From positions 5,458,001 through 5,522,000 of the forward strand of contig JASTWF010000033.1 in assembly GCA_030390025.1 (NCBI GenBank): DNA of 64,000 nt, given 5' to 3'. Both the position numbers and the translations under genes were made by a program. Shown piece by piece: positions 60,187 to 64,000 of the stretch. Below the pieces are notes generated by a model. That model worked only from the letters and a program-made list of their open reading frames with translations. It was not told the origin of the DNA and did not search any database. How positions within the stretch are numbered: position 1 is the first letter of the stretch; every line of letters starts with the position of its first letter. Origin of the DNA: Squalus acanthias (taxonomy: Eukaryota).

Positions 60187-63100
60187 ACCACACCTCTTTA
60201 CTGTTCTGCTCCTTGACTCCTTTTAAACTTTTACCATTTAATGTAGATTTCCTACTTTTTTCTTCCTCCCAAAATGCATCACCTCACATTTCTCTGCATT
60301 AAATTTCAGCTGCCATCTCCCTGCCCCATTTACTAACCTGTGTATTCACACTGAAGTCACTTACAGTCCTCTTCACAGTTGGCCAGGGTCCCTATTTTGG
60401 TCTCATCTGGAGATTTTGAGCTTGTGCCCCACATACCCAAGCCCAGATCATTTCTCTATATTGAGAAGAGCAGTGGTCCCAACACTGACCCTGGTAACAC
60501 CACTGTGTACATCCCTCCAGTCTGAAGAACATCCATTAACCACTACTCTCTGTTTTCTGCCCTTTACCCAACATCCTATCCATGCTGCCCCACTCCCTTT
60601 AATACCGTCAGCCTTCATTTGATCAACAAGCCTCCTGTCCGGCACCTTATCAAACACCTTTTGACAATCCATCTCCACAACATCCACGGCATTTCCTTTC
60701 TCACTACACTGTGTTATTTCCTGAAATAATCCCTGCTGTCTGTCCTGAGTGAATCCATTTCACTGCCAAATGTTGCAATGTTTGCTCCACCTCACAGGGT
60801 TCCATCTGTGGTGTGGAGCAAACAACAGAAAGTCCACAAAGCGGCCCCGCGGCAAACTCCGGGACAGGGAGGAAGTGAGTCAGGGAGCGTCTGTAAATGG
60901 AGACTGGTCAGGGAGCGTCTGTAAATGGAGGAGAAAAAGAGACTGGTCAGGGAGCGTCTGTAAATGGAGGAGAAATGGAGACTGGTCAGGGAGCGTCTGT
61001 AAATGGAGAAGTGGTGAGTGGTCAGGGAGCGTCTGTAAATGGAGAAGAAATGGTGAGTGGTCAGGGAGCGTCTGTAAATGGAGGAGTAATGGTGAGTGGT
61101 CAGGGAGCGTCTGTAAATGGAGAAGAAATGGTGAGTGGTCAGGGAGCGTTTGTAAATGGAGAAGAAATGGTGAGTGGTCAGGGAGCGTCTGTAAATGGAC
61201 GAGAAAAGGTGAGTGGTCAGGGAGCGTCTGCAAATGGAGGAGAAATGGTGAGTGGTCTGATCAAGGATTGAACATGGGACCATCCTAGTCAGTAGTGCAG
61301 TGTGTTCTAAAGTGGCGTTGGGGTGGGGTGGGGGGGGGAGGGTTAGAACAGAATATTTTGAAAGAAATGTCACTCCAACATTGCAAAATTCTGAAGTCTC
61401 AATATTAACCAAGCAAGTCAAATGGATCATCAAAAACAGCGAGACATTTTAGAAAGGCTCAAGTCACTGAAAGAGACAGGTTTACAATCACTGCACAGTA
61501 CAGAAGGGAGCGACTGTTAATGGGAGCTCTGTTAGTGAAGTCCGCCGACACTCCAAGATAAACGGGTCTGTCCCTTTAAATATAAATATGCAGAGAAAGG
61601 GGAGTCCCTGTCCCTTTAAATATCTGGCCCATTCCCTCAGACAGTGGGAGGAGGAACAGCGCGCGGTCTCTTTATATCCTGACCCAGCGGGAACCCACTT
61701 TGTGTGTGTGTGGGTGGGTGGGGGCCTCAGGAAACTGCTTTATGTGCAGACTACTTATGCTGAGACACCAAATCCAGGGACTACTTACACTGAGACACCA
61801 AATCCAGGGACTACTTACACCGAGACACCAAATCCAGGGACAACTTACACTGAGACACCAAATCCAGGGGCCACTTATACTGAGACACCAAATCCAGGGA
61901 CCACTTACACTGTGACTCCAAATGAAAAAGGCTGCGTCTAGTGAAACTGGTGTTATCAATAGTTGTTTCTATCCCTAACCCCTAATCCAAACCCATTAAT
62001 AGGAGTTCTGTTATCGAGTCCTCCGACACGCCAAGTTAAACTGGCCTGTCTCCCTTTAACTATAAATAGGCAGAGAAAGGGGAGTCCCTGTCCCTTTAAA
62101 TATCTGCCCCATTCCCCCAGGCAGTGGAAGAAGGAACAGCGCGCGGTCTCTTCATATCCTGACCCTATATTGTATTATCTTGTAATCCTATGTAATGTAA
62201 GTTACTGAAATAAACAGCTTTCCAATCACTGCACAGTAAAGAAGGGAGCGACTGTTAATGGGAGCTCTGATAGTGAAGTCCGCCGACACTCCAAGATAAA
62301 CGGGTCTGTCCCTTTAACTATAAATAGGCAGAGAAAGGGGAGTCCCTGTCCCTTTAAATATCTGGCCCATTCCCCCAGGCAGTGGGAGGAGGAACAGCGC
62401 GCGGTCTCTTTATATCCTGACCCAGCGGGCCCCACCGGATGGGCTGCAAAATGTAGGAACCTGCTCTGTGTCGGGATCACTTACATTGAGACAACAAATC
62501 CAGGGACCACTTACACTGAGACAACAAATCCAGGGACCACTTAAACTGAGTATAAATGGGAATCAGAGAGCCTCAGTATGGGGAATGGTCATGATGGTGA
62601 AACCAGCTCTCGTGAGGGCGGGTAATGGACGAAGATATGATGTTGGAATCAGATGGTTACTGCTAGGGCCTGGTGACAGGTTATTGTCAGAAGCCCTTTC
62701 AGGCAGGCCGATGATTAGATGTAACCAGCACAACACCTGGATCCACCTTTTCCTGTCCAAAGTCTAATGACCCTGATGTCTTTTTCTGTGGCAAATGCAG
62801 AGATGTGAAAGAAGAGAGGAAATCAGGCTTGGGCTAGAAAGAAGGTTCCTTGAATGAACAATTCATGAGGCTGTTTTCTGACTCATCTGCATAAGCTTAT
62901 AACACCATGAAATGAAAGAGAACATGTCCAGTGACACTGGCGTTGTCAATAGTGGTTTCTATCCCTAATCACCGTCTCATAAGCCTAACATCCTAACCCG
63001 AACCCCGAACGCCAACCCCTAAACCCTAAACAAGGATTATTGACAGGCATCAATGGAGGAGCTAAAGACATGATTAAGGAAGTATTAGAAACAATTATCT

Positions 63101-64000
63101 CAATTAAAGAAATAGTGCAAGGTATGTTGATAACAAGAGATTAAATCAAAGAGCGCATCAAAATCAGCAATGACAATTACAAAGATCAGAACATTTCAAA
63201 GGCGATCACATGCAATATATGTGGAGGTGTTTTTACCAAATCGGATCCAAAAAGGGTTAACTGATACAGCAACTAACAGATTTCAAATCTTATGCAAGAT
63301 AGTTCTATAAAAGGGTGGTTGAAAGGAACTTCAGATGAGTGTACAGTGAGACACTCCAGTTCAGTCTATTACACTCACAAGCCATGTACTCAAACAGAAC
63401 CAGCCTGGGGTTTGATGCGGTAGAAGGAAAACTAGGTGAGAAGTGATATAAGTCAGAGGAAGAAAAGGACCCAAAAAATGGAACATTCGGTAACAGAACA
63501 CCAATTAGTCTCCTCTTATCATGGAGAAATCAAATATTCGACTCACTGTGTTTATACAAAGCTGATTTATTCAATATTTATACATAATATCAATCTCCAG
63601 CCCAGGTATAGGGTTATTAAGATCAGCAGAAACACACTAACTGCTGGAATGAACATTGTTCAGTGCTCAATCTAATCGCAGTAAATTCTGTTCTATTCAC
63701 GAATGCGGCCTTTCAATAGCGGGGCTTTTACCCAGCATTCCCCGCGGGGGAGAATGTGCCGCACCCGGACTAAAGGAGCCCAGTGCGCAGGCGCGGGATC
63801 GCCTGGTTTGGGCATGCGCAGTTCGTGTCATCTCAGAAGACGTTGCCTGCGGATCAGCTCCTGATCAAACCGTGAGAAGCGGCCAACGGAGCGGAGTAAT
63901 GGACCGGCAGGTGGGCGGGGAGGCTTCATAAACAATTGGTTCAGGCCGCAAACCCCGAATAATAACCTGAAGGTCCCGCGTTTGCAGCTTCGGGGCTTTT
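60187..64000 (+). repeat. Segmental duplication copy 2 (partner 5347-9010); contains CR1 fragment 60193-60700 and 39-bp minisatellite 60879-61256
   Basis: Colinear with 5347-9010. Confidence 0.95.
63650..64000 (+). promoter_or_regulatory. Start of another A/C-type ZNF promoter (gene presumably beyond the window)
   Basis: Homologous to 8660-9010 and 27482-27840. Confidence 0.7.

Noticed and set aside
62563..62760. Signal-peptide-like ORF MDRKRWIQVLCWLHLIIGL
   Set aside because: Start is TTG and the duplicate copy near 7565-7770 has indels breaking the frame

Overview
Vertebrate genomic DNA, most likely a cartilaginous fish (shark/ray), judged from the repeat families. About 35% is three arrays of one 67-bp satellite (1-4863 +, 15811-22857 -, 49629-60186 +). 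Between them lies a birth-and-death cluster of effector-less (no KRAB/SCAN/BTB seen) tandem C2H2 zinc-finger genes. ZNF-C (12 fingers) is intact. ZNF-B and ZNF-D have open finger arrays behind a shared fossil-finger leader and an ACG in strong Kozak context. ZNF-A is frameshifted. A fossil gene, ZNF-E, has been split by about 8.8 kb of nested retroelements, and further remnants exist. The genes share a homologous CpG-island promoter module (NRF1/YY1/GC-box motifs), and minisatellites sit next to those promoters. Inside the TE stack is a structurally complete PIF/Harbinger transposon (39151-43597: TIRs, ATA target duplication, intact DDE transposase, 3-exon Myb/SANT gene). The window also has many CR1 LINE fragments, a DeuSINE, an HE1-like SINE, a solo-LTR-like insert, segmental duplications and an unexplained CpG-rich repeat/hairpin array at about 26 kb. 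Coordinates and copy numbers were read by eye; most ORF-track entries are artefacts of repeats.
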